Shown here in pieces: positions 29,789 through 40,981 of a stretch of DNA of 64,000 nt (positions are counted from its first letter, which is position 1; each line of letters starts with the position of its first letter). Below the pieces are notes generated by a model. It ran no database searches, was not told where the DNA came from, and saw nothing but the letters and a program-made list of their open reading frames with translations. Location of the stretch: IMG/VR virus record IMGVR_UViG_3300032281_000616, positions 1-64,000 of that record. One strand, written 5' to 3'. The position numbers were made by a program, and so were the translations under genes. The DNA is from a virus. Taxonomy: Duplodnaviria; Caudoviricetes.

Positions 29789-30276
29789 ACAAACAAACAA
29801 TTTCGTTGGATTCATCCACAACATCGTATAATAGTATCTTATCTGAGGTAATTTTAGATGATCATAGTGAATTATCTTTCAATTTGTCTAATGTATACGG
29901 TGGTGTGCTTCCATTGTATTTGAAAATTGATTGGGGTGATCTTAATTCGGAGGTTTATGAAAATGATGTTTATGTGGTTGATAAAAATGATGTAAATGCT
30001 CTCACTTACAACCCTGTTTTGAATAAAACATATAGTCATGAGTATTACCCATCTGATAATTTCTTATACAAATCACTATCTGCTCAAATTCTCGTAAGTT
30101 ATTCAAATGGTGATTATAATTGGTTTATAATTCCTATAAAAATCAGAACACACGACTATTTTGAATCAATTTACGATATGGATCTACATTCTGTGAATGT
30201 AATACCCACTTATCCACAAAAAATAGAGTATTCTATTGTCGAGAAAAAAAATAATTATCTTGTTACTATGCAGTAG
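29785..30276 (+). CDS. virion protein
   Basis: 163 aa, coupled to the upstream gene; LKIDWGD Ig/PKD-like motif. Confidence 0.4.
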   Translation: MNKQTISLDSSTTSYNSILSEVILDDHSELSFNLSNVYGGVLPLYLKIDWGDLNSEVYENDVYVVDKNDVNALTYNPVLNKTYSHEYYPSDNFLYKSLSAQILVSYSNGDYNWFIIPIKIRTHDYFESIYDMDLHSVNVIPTYPQKIEYSIVEKKNNYLVTMQ

Positions 30277-30291
30277 TATTAAATATTCTTA

Positions 30292-32559
30292 ATGTTAATC
30301 AACTCACTGTCTAGTCTCAAATCAAAAACCCTCAGTAGTAATTTAAAGGGTTTGAGTTTTAAGAATTTTAGTCGAAGTTATCCGGGTGGGTATAACTTAA
30401 CCTTTAATCAGGCTTTATCATCATTTAGAGGTTCGAAAGTGAAAAATTACTCAAATTTTTTATTAACCAACTTAAAAAAACTATCAGACTTCACTAATAT
30501 AGATGATGTTGGCTTAAAAACATCAACAGTATTTGGACCAATTATGTGTGGATCTGATTATTTACAATATTCCGATGTTGATCCATCTCCATTTTCAAAA
30601 ACAGGTAAATATTTTGAACATTTTAATTATGGCGCACTGACTATTTCTTCTACAGAAAACGAAAATACACAATTCTCTTTTATTGTTCTGGAGGATAATA
30701 TGTGTCACATTATTTTCTTCAAAAATAACGATCCTTATTACTTATGTAGCGACGAAAACAATAATCTTTTGTTCGTTAAAAAGAATAAATTAATATTTGA
30801 TGAGAACAAAATCAATCCACAGGACTTTTTTTATCTTTTTTCTGAAAAAACTAATAATATTCTATTATTCAAAACTAATTTTGACTCTAATTATATTTTA
30901 TTCAAAAAAGACAACCAAATATCTTTAAAGAAAGTTATAGATGATAATATCGCAACCTATATTTCGTCTCCTTTTGCTCTAAGTAAAAATTTGTATATAA
31001 ATCCAAATTTGAATCTGGATACATCGTTTGTAAAATACAACTTAGATAACACTGTAGATAAAGGAGTTAGTTTTTTCGATTCATCTAATAATTTTATATT
31101 GCATAAACCTCTTTTAGATGACAATCTAGATGTTTTGGTCCTAAAAAATCAATTATCACTGGATGATGTATTCACCAACAATAATAATTTACTATCTGGT
31201 TACGCACTATCATATTCGGATAGACTACGAGAATATACTACTATATCCAACGATGTCGATGAGGAATATAGCGATGATATTTCATTAAATTATGTCTTCT
31301 ATAATCAAACATATTCCATAAAACCCGGATCTAATTACATTACGACATCCGAGAGTTTGTATCCATTTAAATCTTTGAATATAAATGACACCAAATTTGT
31401 GGAAAATGGTTCATTTTCTTACTTAACTCCTGAATATGCTGATAAAGTTTATCATATATCAAAAAATTCAAACAATAAAGATAATAACCAACATCTTCTA
31501 TGCACATGGTTGTCAGGATCTCCGATGAGTGAAACTAAGGTTTGGGTAGATAGATACTATTATCCAGATAGAATCGAAAAACAAGAAGCATTAATGAGTA
31601 AACCCATGTTCAATGATACATATAATGATTATATTGAACAATTGGTATTGAATAATCAATCTTATAGAGATTCTGTAGATAATCTGAAATTCTTTGATAA
31701 AAAAAGTGATTTAGTTTTCATAGCCAATGAGACATACAGATACGATAGAATACAAAAAACAGATTTCCCTAAATTATCTTCACAATTTAATTACTGTAAC
31801 AGTTATTCTAAAACTTATCCTAGTAATTATTATAGATCTATTAACGAAGCTGGGTCTTTTAGTATAAGTTTCGGTTTTCTTGCATCTGGAGAAGATTGGA
31901 ATATTTCTAGTGATAGAAATTCTATAGATTGCGGTATGAGCATATCAAAAAGTAATAATTTATTCAATTTTACTTATAAAATATACAATCCATCTACTGA
32001 AATCCTGAATACGTTCAATGTTCAAAAACAAATAAAAACCGATGATATTAATATTTTTAGTTTTAGTTTGGATAGTAAACTAGGTTATGGTTATGTTTTT
32101 CTAAATAACGAAATTGTTTTAGAGATCAGATTATCTCCATATGAATATTTCACTAAACAATTACTCCATGGTGATATATTCTATTATGATGGTAAAACCA
32201 AGAGAGATATATTGGATGTTTACTACAATAGTGAATTATTCAAAGATTTGATAATAAATCCATATTATATAGATCCTGAATTAGCCTTTACTACACACAT
32301 ACTGAATACTCAAAGTGATATAGATGAGATAACGATATCTTTACCATCTGGTATGAGGAATGGTATCGATAATATACAGTCCATCAACTTAGCGTGTTCA
32401 TCACAATTCAAATCGAATTTCGTAAATATCAAGATCAACAATACTGGTGTGGATGAACAAAGTAAGACTAAGATTAAGGAATCATTAGAGAACGATTTAT
32501 CGAGAATCCTCCCTATAAATACACAAATAAACAACATAACATTCGAGGATTATAAATAA
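30292..32559 (+). CDS. large virion protein
   Basis: 755 aa; late promoter; beta-rich C-terminal region. Confidence 0.45.
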   Translation: MLINSLSSLKSKTLSSNLKGLSFKNFSRSYPGGYNLTFNQALSSFRGSKVKNYSNFLLTNLKKLSDFTNIDDVGLKTSTVFGPIMCGSDYLQYSDVDPSPFSKTGKYFEHFNYGALTISSTENENTQFSFIVLEDNMCHIIFFKNNDPYYLCSDENNNLLFVKKNKLIFDENKINPQDFFYLFSEKTNNILLFKTNFDSNYILFKKDNQISLKKVIDDNIATYISSPFALSKNLYINPNLNLDTSFVKYNLDNTVDKGVSFFDSSNNFILHKPLLDDNLDVLVLKNQLSLDDVFTNNNNLLSGYALSYSDRLREYTTISNDVDEEYSDDISLNYVFYNQTYSIKPGSNYITTSESLYPFKSLNINDTKFVENGSFSYLTPEYADKVYHISKNSNNKDNNQHLLCTWLSGSPMSETKVWVDRYYYPDRIEKQEALMSKPMFNDTYNDYIEQLVLNNQSYRDSVDNLKFFDKKSDLVFIANETYRYDRIQKTDFPKLSSQFNYCNSYSKTYPSNYYRSINEAGSFSISFGFLASGEDWNISSDRNSIDCGMSISKSNNLFNFTYKIYNPSTEILNTFNVQKQIKTDDINIFSFSLDSKLGYGYVFLNNEIVLEIRLSPYEYFTKQLLHGDIFYYDGKTKRDILDVYYNSELFKDLIINPYYIDPELAFTTHILNTQSDIDEITISLPSGMRNGIDNIQSINLACSSQFKSNFVNIKINNTGVDEQSKTKIKESLENDLSRILPINTQINNITFEDYK

Positions 32560-32564
32560 AATAT

Positions 32565-35414
32565 ATGGATGATGAATATCAATGGCCGGGATTGTCTTTA
32601 TCCCAATCAGGTGGAGTCGTATCAATTAATCTAAAGGAAACCGCTCTTTTAGATTTTGAAAAATATTACACCAATACATATTGTGCTTCTGATGCTCTTC
32701 TCACCCAACAAAGTAATCTAGGAATCACTGGCAGTTTTTCTGCAATCATAAGTATTTCTGTTTTAGATGTTGATGGTTTGTTATTGAAACAATTTTCTAT
32801 ACCTTATATCAAGGGTAAAAACGATTATTCTGTAACTTATACAACAAATAAATCCCAAAACCTTACAGTAATTGCAAATATTCAAGTTACCACAGGGGCA
32901 TGTGGTCAATATATTCGTTATTATGCTGCGAAATATATTGGGGCAACCACTGAAACAACATCCAATCTTCCAGTTTCTATAGATCTCGTGCTAAAGACTT
33001 CACCAACAATTGGGTTGTCATTCGGTCCTTGGAGATATAAGAGAAGCAATGATGTAACTGGTGGTTATTTTGTTGGTGGTGCTGATACATTTTTTCATAC
33101 AATATCTGAAATACCTTACAATTATTACAGTGTTCGTGGAACTAATCCGAAGATTGTTTATAATTGGCCTGATACGATATCATATAAGATATTTGTTGAT
33201 TATAAAAAGGATTCAACTAATTGGGTTAACGTATATAACGAGATAACAATCTCCGAAGACACCTTTTCCAACTTCGCTAAAGTAAAATCATTTGAACATA
33301 ACGCTGTGATGGAGTTAGACTCAAATGATTTGGTTCAATGGACCGGAAAAATGCAAGAGAATTTTTACAATGCAGGTAAAGGTGAATTTTTAGCATTAGA
33401 AGCATTTGGTTTAAATACACCAAGGGAGTTATTCAAAGAACTCGGAACTTATAGGGTATATATAAACAAATATGATCGTGATGTTGCTGTAGCCACGAGT
33501 AACGTATTCTTCATTGACGTTTCAGACATAATCACAGATGTTCCTGAAGAGCCTACTGAACCTACCGAACCCAATCCACCGGAAGAACCAACTGATCCTG
33601 TAGATCCCCCTATAATCCCCGAAGAGGATGAGGTTCCCATACCAACAACATACAAGTTCAACGAGGTTGCTTACTTTAAGCATACCAATGGTGAAGCATT
33701 TACTTTAAATGGACTTCCATATTATGGATTTTTCCATATTTTGAATGGGGAAGCTTATGTAGGAAGAACACATTTAGAATCTCAGACAAAACTAACCAGA
33801 CAAGATACTCTAATTGCTGATATCTTTCTAAGACAGTATCATTTCGATACATGTTTTGGTAATTTCTCTGATATATCTAATGATGCTCAAATAGACGCAT
33901 TTGAATTATTAAATCTCCAAGGTCTGAATAACTTAATTGATAAAATCAATAGCAATAATATCAAATGTTACAGAAATTTAATTATTCAAAATCCAACTGT
34001 TTATAACTTTTTAGATAACAATAACCATTTCTATGGTTTATCAACATTTGAGCAAGAGACTCGATATAAATGGAATACTACGGATGAAAAGTGGAACAAT
34101 TTCAACTTCACTTTCATAAATTCTACAAAATTTGAACCTATAGAATCTGGATTACCAGCTAAAAACAATTACGCTTACATTCAACCATTTAGTGACAATA
34201 AAAACTGGGAATTTTTAGCTAATGTTAAAATCGGTTCTTTTGTGTTAGATGAATATGACGGTTTTAAATACTTTTGTTCCAATGGATACGACACATATAT
34301 TCTAGAGGGCAATTTCTCCAATACAAATCCTCTAAAATTGATATCTTCAGAAAAACAAACCGAAGAAATTATCGATATATACAATGACCAAGAAAACAAC
34401 AAAATATTTTTGGTTAAAAATAACGGTATAGAAATCTACGATTCAACAGCATTCTTGAATTGTAATAATTTGATTATTTTAGATAGACTAGAGACAAATA
34501 CAACTAATGTTGAAAGTATAAAATTTGGAAAAAACATAAGATCAGCTTTAAGTGGTTCATACATTGGATTCTACAACAAATACTCAAATCAAAAGTATTA
34601 TGATTTCGATTTGAAACAATTCGGTATAAAAAATATCTTAGATATATCTATTAGAGATATCGATGATAATATTATCATACTCTATAAGTTGAATACTGGA
34701 TTCTATGTTTGCTTCTTTGATCCAAATAACATTCAAAATACATTCTTCAACAAAAAAATATATGAGTTGAGTGATGTTAATAGTAAAATAGAATTTTCTA
34801 GAATAGATTCTAATATATTTCATATTCACAACAAAAAAGAATACCAAACTAGGTCACTTACATTCCCAGAATATCCAAACGGAAGACTAGAAACTGAGAA
34901 TTTGTTATACCATAATTTCGAATATCGTTGGGGTAGCACTAAACAAGCATACAACTATGTTGATGTGAAGTGGAATTCTAATAATAGTGATTCTAATTCT
35001 TATAATAATCAACTCAACTCACATATGATTAAGAATAATTATATGTATATGTTGTTGCATAATAATGGTAGAATATATTCGATTAAACAACCTGTGAATG
35101 ACAGATATATCGCAGCAGCACCCTTAAACTTAGAAAAGAAGTTCATCGAGACTCAATGTTCTCAATCCTCCTTCGGATTATATTTTAATTCGATGATAAC
35201 CAATATCGTGAAGGATATTTTGAATATATACAACAAAACTTCACATACTTTTAAATTTGAGCAGTCAAAAGTGATATACAATAAGCTTAAAGAGTTGACT
35301 ATAGCGACAGAGAACCTATATATTAATGGAAACGAAACGATTAATGTTTTGACATTGAGAAGAATTTTATCATCAATCATAGATATTCAGAAAAAATTAC
35401 TTCCTAATTCTTGA
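32565..35414 (+). CDS. large virion protein with a Pro/Glu/Thr linker
   Basis: 949 aa; full TATAAATA upstream; VPEEPTEPTEPNPPEEPTDPVDPP linker. Confidence 0.45.
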   Translation: MDDEYQWPGLSLSQSGGVVSINLKETALLDFEKYYTNTYCASDALLTQQSNLGITGSFSAIISISVLDVDGLLLKQFSIPYIKGKNDYSVTYTTNKSQNLTVIANIQVTTGACGQYIRYYAAKYIGATTETTSNLPVSIDLVLKTSPTIGLSFGPWRYKRSNDVTGGYFVGGADTFFHTISEIPYNYYSVRGTNPKIVYNWPDTISYKIFVDYKKDSTNWVNVYNEITISEDTFSNFAKVKSFEHNAVMELDSNDLVQWTGKMQENFYNAGKGEFLALEAFGLNTPRELFKELGTYRVYINKYDRDVAVATSNVFFIDVSDIITDVPEEPTEPTEPNPPEEPTDPVDPPIIPEEDEVPIPTTYKFNEVAYFKHTNGEAFTLNGLPYYGFFHILNGEAYVGRTHLESQTKLTRQDTLIADIFLRQYHFDTCFGNFSDISNDAQIDAFELLNLQGLNNLIDKINSNNIKCYRNLIIQNPTVYNFLDNNNHFYGLSTFEQETRYKWNTTDEKWNNFNFTFINSTKFEPIESGLPAKNNYAYIQPFSDNKNWEFLANVKIGSFVLDEYDGFKYFCSNGYDTYILEGNFSNTNPLKLISSEKQTEEIIDIYNDQENNKIFLVKNNGIEIYDSTAFLNCNNLIILDRLETNTTNVESIKFGKNIRSALSGSYIGFYNKYSNQKYYDFDLKQFGIKNILDISIRDIDDNIIILYKLNTGFYVCFFDPNNIQNTFFNKKIYELSDVNSKIEFSRIDSNIFHIHNKKEYQTRSLTFPEYPNGRLETENLLYHNFEYRWGSTKQAYNYVDVKWNSNNSDSNSYNNQLNSHMIKNNYMYMLLHNNGRIYSIKQPVNDRYIAAAPLNLEKKFIETQCSQSSFGLYFNSMITNIVKDILNIYNKTSHTFKFEQSKVIYNKLKELTIATENLYINGNETINVLTLRRILSSIIDIQKKLLPNS

Positions 35415-35443
35415 AATATAATTTGAGTCGTTAAATAAATAAA

Positions 35444-36331
35444 ATGAGTTCTCTTAATGACACTTTAATTTCTGATACATTCGATTCCCTGATACACGCT
35501 AATGGTAATGTATTACCTGTCAGTGGATTGATCGATTTGTATGATGGTAGCGGTAATAAAAGCTCTCTATCTATTGGAAGAGATACTTCAGGTATTAAGG
35601 TTGCTGGTAAGGTTACAGCAGATACTTTAACTGTCGGAAGTGTAAATTATCCAACATTAAATGGAACAATCGGTCATATTGTATATCAACAAACAGCTAC
35701 ACAATGGGGATACTTGGGACAAATTCCTTCTTCTTTATTAGAAACACTATCACCGTCTCCAGCTAAGACTTATAGTAATCCAATTACATCGATAACTGTT
35801 AATAGTAAAGGTCAAGTAACGGATGTTGTAGAGATTGATGATTTTAAGGCTAGTAAAAACATCATCGCTCATCATGCGCCACATGTTAGTGTGACATCGA
35901 CAGCTATTATCATACCTGCTAGTCTTTCTGCTGTAAGTTCTTGGGTTAGAATTGACCTAACAAATGATGGATTGGGATCAACAAATCCAGATTTACCGAC
36001 CGCATCTGTTATAAATTCAACTAAAGCGATTACAGGATTCTTGAGATCTTCTGGTGTTGTTGATCACGGTGGGAAACAAACATTCATTCAAGCTACACCA
36101 AGTCCTAATTTATTAAATGGAACTAATCCTTATATGTATCCTGTTTTATATGATATTCCGACAAATTCAAGTGATCAACGAGGATTGGGTGGTATGTTTT
36201 ATTGTCCAGTTTCTAAAGAAACATCTGGTGGTGTCGAGAGAAACGTTATTTACTTGAGAAATAGAGGAGATGGTTCATCTACCCTAAACGCAACCAGTTG
36301 GGTTTTAACAATCATAGCACAACACGTATAA
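35444..36331 (+). CDS. tail fibre protein
   Basis: YSNPITSITVNSKGQVT fibre motif; LYDGSGNKSSLSIG. Confidence 0.55.
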   Translation: MSSLNDTLISDTFDSLIHANGNVLPVSGLIDLYDGSGNKSSLSIGRDTSGIKVAGKVTADTLTVGSVNYPTLNGTIGHIVYQQTATQWGYLGQIPSSLLETLSPSPAKTYSNPITSITVNSKGQVTDVVEIDDFKASKNIIAHHAPHVSVTSTAIIIPASLSAVSSWVRIDLTNDGLGSTNPDLPTASVINSTKAITGFLRSSGVVDHGGKQTFIQATPSPNLLNGTNPYMYPVLYDIPTNSSDQRGLGGMFYCPVSKETSGGVERNVIYLRNRGDGSSTLNATSWVLTIIAQHV

Positions 36332-36332
36332 T

Positions 36333-37679
36333 ATGCCAGATATCGACATTTCAAAAATAAAAACCCGCAGGGGAACAGATAATCAAAGAAAAAACATAAT
36401 CTTTGATCAAGGGGAAATTGTATCTACCGTAGATACTAAGAGAGTTTTCTTAGGAACAGGTGTTCTAAGTGGTGGTGTTGTGGTCGGTAACAAAATTCAT
36501 TCATCAATTACAAATTTCACATCTCTGTCTAATGTAATTGCTGAACCGGGAGATTTAGTGTATTGTAATAATACATTTTACCAACTAACAGCTTACGGGT
36601 ATAACAATATCTCGAATTGGTCCTTGGTTAATACTAAGGTCAACTCCTCATATTTCGATTATGGAAATAATAACACCTTAACTCTAAAACAAAGTTCGAT
36701 TCCTGTTAATTTCTTAACTCCATCGACTATAACCAATGGATTAAAAGTTGAAAGTAATCTTTTACAATTGGATTATAGTCCAACCTTCTTCACTTTATCA
36801 GGAAATTCCTTAATTCCAAAGATTCAAGGTCTTAGTGCTCTACAAATACACCCAAACACATTTTATAAAGGTATTAGTGGTGGTGGATACGATAAAATTG
36901 GTCTAAATGTTGATCCAAATTACTTCTATTTTAATGGTAATGTTCTCAGTTTGTCTGCTACACCAAGCAACCAAGTATACTTCACAGATTTAAGTTCATC
37001 TTGGTTCGGTGATGGATTAATTTATGATTTCGGTGGAAATGTAATAAAAACAACTTTAGTTAGTGTTGATGAAGTAACTCTAACTAAGAGTTTAACTGGT
37101 GGTGTATCTCTGAAATCGTCCCTTATTGGTTCTGGATTGGTTCTAAACAGCGGAACCCTCTCATCCAACATAACAGGTGTCAGTAATAACACTCTAACTA
37201 GAAATTTCAGTGGAGGTGTAGCTCTCAATACGGCTATGTTTGGTAGTGGATTGGTATATGACTCAGTGACCACATCATTATCTACCGTTTTGACAAATGT
37301 AGATAATGTATCATTAACAGCTACTAATAATGGAGTAATTTCTATCCCAAGAAACGCTTTATCGGGAACAAATAATTGGCCACAAATCACTGTAGATCCA
37401 TATGGTAGGGTTACAAACAATAAATCATCCATTTTGGATGTTTTGACCGGGAATGCTGCTTTAAGTTCTTATAACAATTCAAATAGTCTATCAGCTATAT
37501 TCAATGGTGATTCAATGGGTCTATCTGGACTACAAATAACTAAGTTTACTGCTTTATCTTCCGATGGAACTACCATTATCAATCTTTCATCTGCTGGATT
37601 TATAACTTTTGAAGGAAATACAACAACGAGAAACGGTTCAACTGTAGGACGATTCGCAATCCCAATTTTTAGATACTAA
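36333..37679 (+). CDS. tail fibre protein
   Basis: IKTRRGT...GEI..TVDTKRVFLG N-terminal fibre domain; G.GL shaft repeats; ITVDPYGRVT. Confidence 0.65.
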   Translation: MPDIDISKIKTRRGTDNQRKNIIFDQGEIVSTVDTKRVFLGTGVLSGGVVVGNKIHSSITNFTSLSNVIAEPGDLVYCNNTFYQLTAYGYNNISNWSLVNTKVNSSYFDYGNNNTLTLKQSSIPVNFLTPSTITNGLKVESNLLQLDYSPTFFTLSGNSLIPKIQGLSALQIHPNTFYKGISGGGYDKIGLNVDPNYFYFNGNVLSLSATPSNQVYFTDLSSSWFGDGLIYDFGGNVIKTTLVSVDEVTLTKSLTGGVSLKSSLIGSGLVLNSGTLSSNITGVSNNTLTRNFSGGVALNTAMFGSGLVYDSVTTSLSTVLTNVDNVSLTATNNGVISIPRNALSGTNNWPQITVDPYGRVTNNKSSILDVLTGNAALSSYNNSNSLSAIFNGDSMGLSGLQITKFTALSSDGTTIINLSSAGFITFEGNTTTRNGSTVGRFAIPIFRY

Positions 37680-37682
37680 TAT

Positions 37683-38612
37683 ATGGAAATTTTTCAAAAT
37701 ACACTATTACAATTGATAATCAGACAAGGATTAAACTCCGATAGAAAGAAAATAGTCTTAAAGTCTGGTGAATTGGGATATACTACCGATACTGAACGTC
37801 TTTTCATCGGTAATGGCTCTTTGAGTGGTGGTCAGGTTGTTGGTAATCTGTTTAAGGGTATATCAACTGATATAACCACATTATCTCCATGTGAAGTTGG
37901 GGATTTTGCTTTCGATAGTGATAAAAACAAATTATATAGACTAAAAATCAACAATGGTAGTAATTTATCTGATTGGGAACTTATCGGTGGTGTATATACA
38001 TCTGGAGATAATTACATCCTAATATCCACAGACAATAAATTAACATTAAATCCTCTATCTGCTGGTTCCGTATCAACAAATCTTTTAAATTCTCCTTTAG
38101 GACTTAGTGGTGGAAAAATAACCCTAAATCCTCTATCTGCTGGTTATGTGTCATCAGATTTAGTCGAATCTCCTCTATATGTCGAAGATGGTAGGATCAA
38201 ATTCGGTAATGTTGCTATCAATGATGTATCTACCAACACATTAACGGTTAGTAGTGGTCTTACGATGGTTGCTAATGGAGTTCCTGCTACAGGAACAGCG
38301 GTGAATCCATTATCTACCAATATATACATCGAATCTAATCAGATATATGCTAAGTATAATGGCATAGCTCTATCCGCTGAATATTCTAAGAACATTACTA
38401 GTGTATCTAGACTAAGTGCTGGTCATTATAGGTTTTTTTATTTGAATAAACCTACGTCCTTTATGATTCCAACAGTCCAATTATTTGGAAATAGTTACTG
38501 GGATTATCAAATTAGAACTATTAGTATCAATTTGTCTTCTTGTGATGTCAAGATATTAAGTGGTGGGAGTGTTCCAAGTGATGCAATCTTCACTCTCTTG
38601 ATTAATTATTAA
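37683..38612 (+). CDS. tail fibre protein
   Basis: IRQG...LKSGELGYTTDTERLFIG paralogous N-terminal domain; VSRLSAGHY C-terminal domain. Confidence 0.65.
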   Translation: MEIFQNTLLQLIIRQGLNSDRKKIVLKSGELGYTTDTERLFIGNGSLSGGQVVGNLFKGISTDITTLSPCEVGDFAFDSDKNKLYRLKINNGSNLSDWELIGGVYTSGDNYILISTDNKLTLNPLSAGSVSTNLLNSPLGLSGGKITLNPLSAGYVSSDLVESPLYVEDGRIKFGNVAINDVSTNTLTVSSGLTMVANGVPATGTAVNPLSTNIYIESNQIYAKYNGIALSAEYSKNITSVSRLSAGHYRFFYLNKPTSFMIPTVQLFGNSYWDYQIRTISINLSSCDVKILSGGSVPSDAIFTLLINY

Positions 38613-38613
38613 T

Positions 38614-39426
38614 ATGTATCCAGCCGATGTAAATATTCCTATAAATGCGAAATATTTTGGGTTTATAGATAGAAAAAATCCCTATAATCCACATTGGGAC
38701 ATAACTTGGAGTTTTACCTTTACTTTATCTGGATCTAATCATGCAATCTGCACATTCTTAACGAATAATCCCAATTTATCTGCTGGTATTCCCGGACATT
38801 ACCTTGGTTTTCAAGGTTCTTATAATTATCTAAGAGACGAAAATAGTAATATACTATTATCTGAATTAGGTGATGAGCTTTTTGCTGAGAATGAAGCTCT
38901 AACAGGATATGATATGAGTGGTGTCATTGGGATAGCTCTTGATTCAACTGGATATTTTGCGCTTTCAAATGAAACCAATCCCGGTGTTGGTATACAAAGT
39001 GTTAAACCTAATAGCTTAATCATCAGAGATTCTAGTTCTAAAGTGTTGGTGAATGAATCTTTATCGTCTTTAGATTCTAATTTTCAATTAACCACGCAAC
39101 TACCCCAAACAATTCGTATAAGATGGGCTAATGGTGGTAGAAAGTTATCAGTCGATTATAAATCGTTATCATCTGATTATAAAACTCTAAAAAGTATAAA
39201 TTTATCGTTCTTCGATCCTTACGATCATGATGCTCTTTATCCAAGTTTCTCTTTTTGTTCACCACTTTCTGGATCACAGACCCCATCAACTCTAAAATTG
39301 AAGAATTTCCACACTCAAGGTAGTTTAGAGGAAGCGTCTCATGAAATATTAGACTACACACCAATCATCAAATCAAATAAGACTGATTATACCACTATAT
39401 CTGGAATAACAGCTATACCTATCTGA
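38614..39426 (+). CDS. lectin-like virion protein (putative)
   Basis: Beta-rich 270 aa (GIALDSTG, IRIRW); located in the fibre operon. Confidence 0.35.
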   Translation: MYPADVNIPINAKYFGFIDRKNPYNPHWDITWSFTFTLSGSNHAICTFLTNNPNLSAGIPGHYLGFQGSYNYLRDENSNILLSELGDELFAENEALTGYDMSGVIGIALDSTGYFALSNETNPGVGIQSVKPNSLIIRDSSSKVLVNESLSSLDSNFQLTTQLPQTIRIRWANGGRKLSVDYKSLSSDYKTLKSINLSFFDPYDHDALYPSFSFCSPLSGSQTPSTLKLKNFHTQGSLEEASHEILDYTPIIKSNKTDYTTISGITAIPI

Positions 39427-39430
39427 TCAA

Positions 39431-39949
39431 ATGCCTGAAGAAACTTCAACAACTACTACGGAGACTTCAACGACTACTCCTAGTCCATCATCGACTAGTA
39501 CAACTACGTCTACGACAACCCCCACAACAACCCCTGATCCGGGTGGTAGCACAACACCCGATCCTAATGGTAGCACTACGCTACCACCTGATCCTCCTTA
39601 TACAACTAGCACAACCACTCCTAGCCCATCATCAACTACGAGTAGCACAACTACGTCTACAACTACTACGACGACCACAGAAGGTCCTTGTGTGCCTTGT
39701 TTACCACCCCCCGATGGAATACCAGATCCGCCACCCATACCTGAGTTAACTACTAGGACGGTTAACCCTATTGTTATCACTATAACAACACCAAAACCTA
39801 TCAATCCTCTTACAAATATTATCTTAACAACTGTAAGACCGACCACTACAACATCGACAACACCTTCGACAACATTTACATCTTCCTCAACAACTCTAGA
39901 TGTGACTCGAAAAAATTGTGTCGATGGTTGCAATAAATTAGGATTTTGA
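39431..39949 (+). CDS. mucin-like Thr/Ser/Pro-rich protein
   Basis: Hand count: 112 of 172 residues are T/S/P, about 61 Thr; four Cys in two pairs. Confidence 0.7.
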   Translation: MPEETSTTTTETSTTTPSPSSTSTTTSTTTPTTTPDPGGSTTPDPNGSTTLPPDPPYTTSTTTPSPSSTTSSTTTSTTTTTTTEGPCVPCLPPPDGIPDPPPIPELTTRTVNPIVITITTPKPINPLTNIILTTVRPTTTTSTTPSTTFTSSSTTLDVTRKNCVDGCNKLGF

Positions 39950-39961
39950 TAATTATTCTCA

Positions 39962-40744
39962 ATGAGAAAATTAACCATTGGTATGGCTACCCACGATGAT
40001 TACGATGGGGTGTATTTCACAATACAAAATATTAGATTATGTCATCCAGAAGTTATGGATGATATTGAATTTGTTATTATCGACAACAATCCTTCGGGAC
40101 CTCATGGTGCTTGCGTAAGAAAATTTATCGAATGGGTTAAAGAACCTGTTCAGTATCTTCCATTCACCAAATATAAATCTACAACCATCAAAAATAAAGT
40201 ATTCGAACTAGCTGATACACCCTATGTAATGTGTATCGATAGTCATGTTCTTCTAGAACCCGGATCTATAAAGAAACTTATAGATTTTTATGACTTTGGT
40301 AAAGATTTCGGTAATCTTTTACAGGGTCCTTTAGTGTATGACGATCTAATATCCATATCCACTCACTTCGATAATGTTTGGTCCAACTATATGTGGGGCC
40401 AATGGCAAACAGATAATCGTGGAAAGGATAAAAATGGTGAACCTTTTGAAATACCGTCCCAAGGTTGTGGATTATTCACCTGTAGAAAGGATTCTTGGGT
40501 TGGATTCAACAAAGAATTTCGAGGATTTGGTGGAGAAGAAGGATATATTCACGAAAAATTCAGACAAAAAGGTAAAAAAACCTTATGTCTACCATTTTTA
40601 CGTTGGACTCATCGTTTTGATCGACCAAATGGTGTGACTTACCCTAACGATCTCAAAGAAAGATACAAAAACTACTTAATTGGGTTCACTGAGCTTGGAT
40701 TAGATACCAAGGAATTGAATGAACATTTCAAAGATATAATTTGA
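39962..40744 (+). CDS. GT-A fold glycosyltransferase with ppGalNAc-T-like motifs
   Basis: FVIIDN, CIDSH (DxH), GCGLF, GFGGEE and WTHRF. Confidence 0.75.
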   Translation: MRKLTIGMATHDDYDGVYFTIQNIRLCHPEVMDDIEFVIIDNNPSGPHGACVRKFIEWVKEPVQYLPFTKYKSTTIKNKVFELADTPYVMCIDSHVLLEPGSIKKLIDFYDFGKDFGNLLQGPLVYDDLISISTHFDNVWSNYMWGQWQTDNRGKDKNGEPFEIPSQGCGLFTCRKDSWVGFNKEFRGFGGEEGYIHEKFRQKGKKTLCLPFLRWTHRFDRPNGVTYPNDLKERYKNYLIGFTELGLDTKELNEHFKDII

Positions 40745-40981
40745 TCACAATAATCCATTTTTTATCTCATATTCCACATCATGGAGCATTGAAACCGCTC
40801 TTTCCTCCATATATTTCTCAATTGCTGCTGGTTTTATTAATAATTCCATATTATCAACACCCAATTGTTCAGCCTTTTCCTTAATAAATTCAAAAGCTTC
40901 CACTAAACATGCCCATCTCGTAAATTCTGTAGAACTCATTTCCTCAATAGACCCATCACCACGTTCTATACACACTGTCAT
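40745..40981 (-). CDS. hypothetical protein
   Basis: 78 aa ORF abutting the GT stop. Confidence 0.5.
   Translation of the reverse strand: MTVCIERGDGSIEEMSSTEFTRWACLVEAFEFIKEKAEQLGVDNMELLIKPAAIEKYMEERAVSMLHDVEYEIKNGLL

Noticed and set aside
39543-39978. Alternative-frame ORFs over the mucin-like gene
   Set aside because: Low-complexity ACN-codon runs keep other frames open; the Thr-rich frame fits the operon spacing
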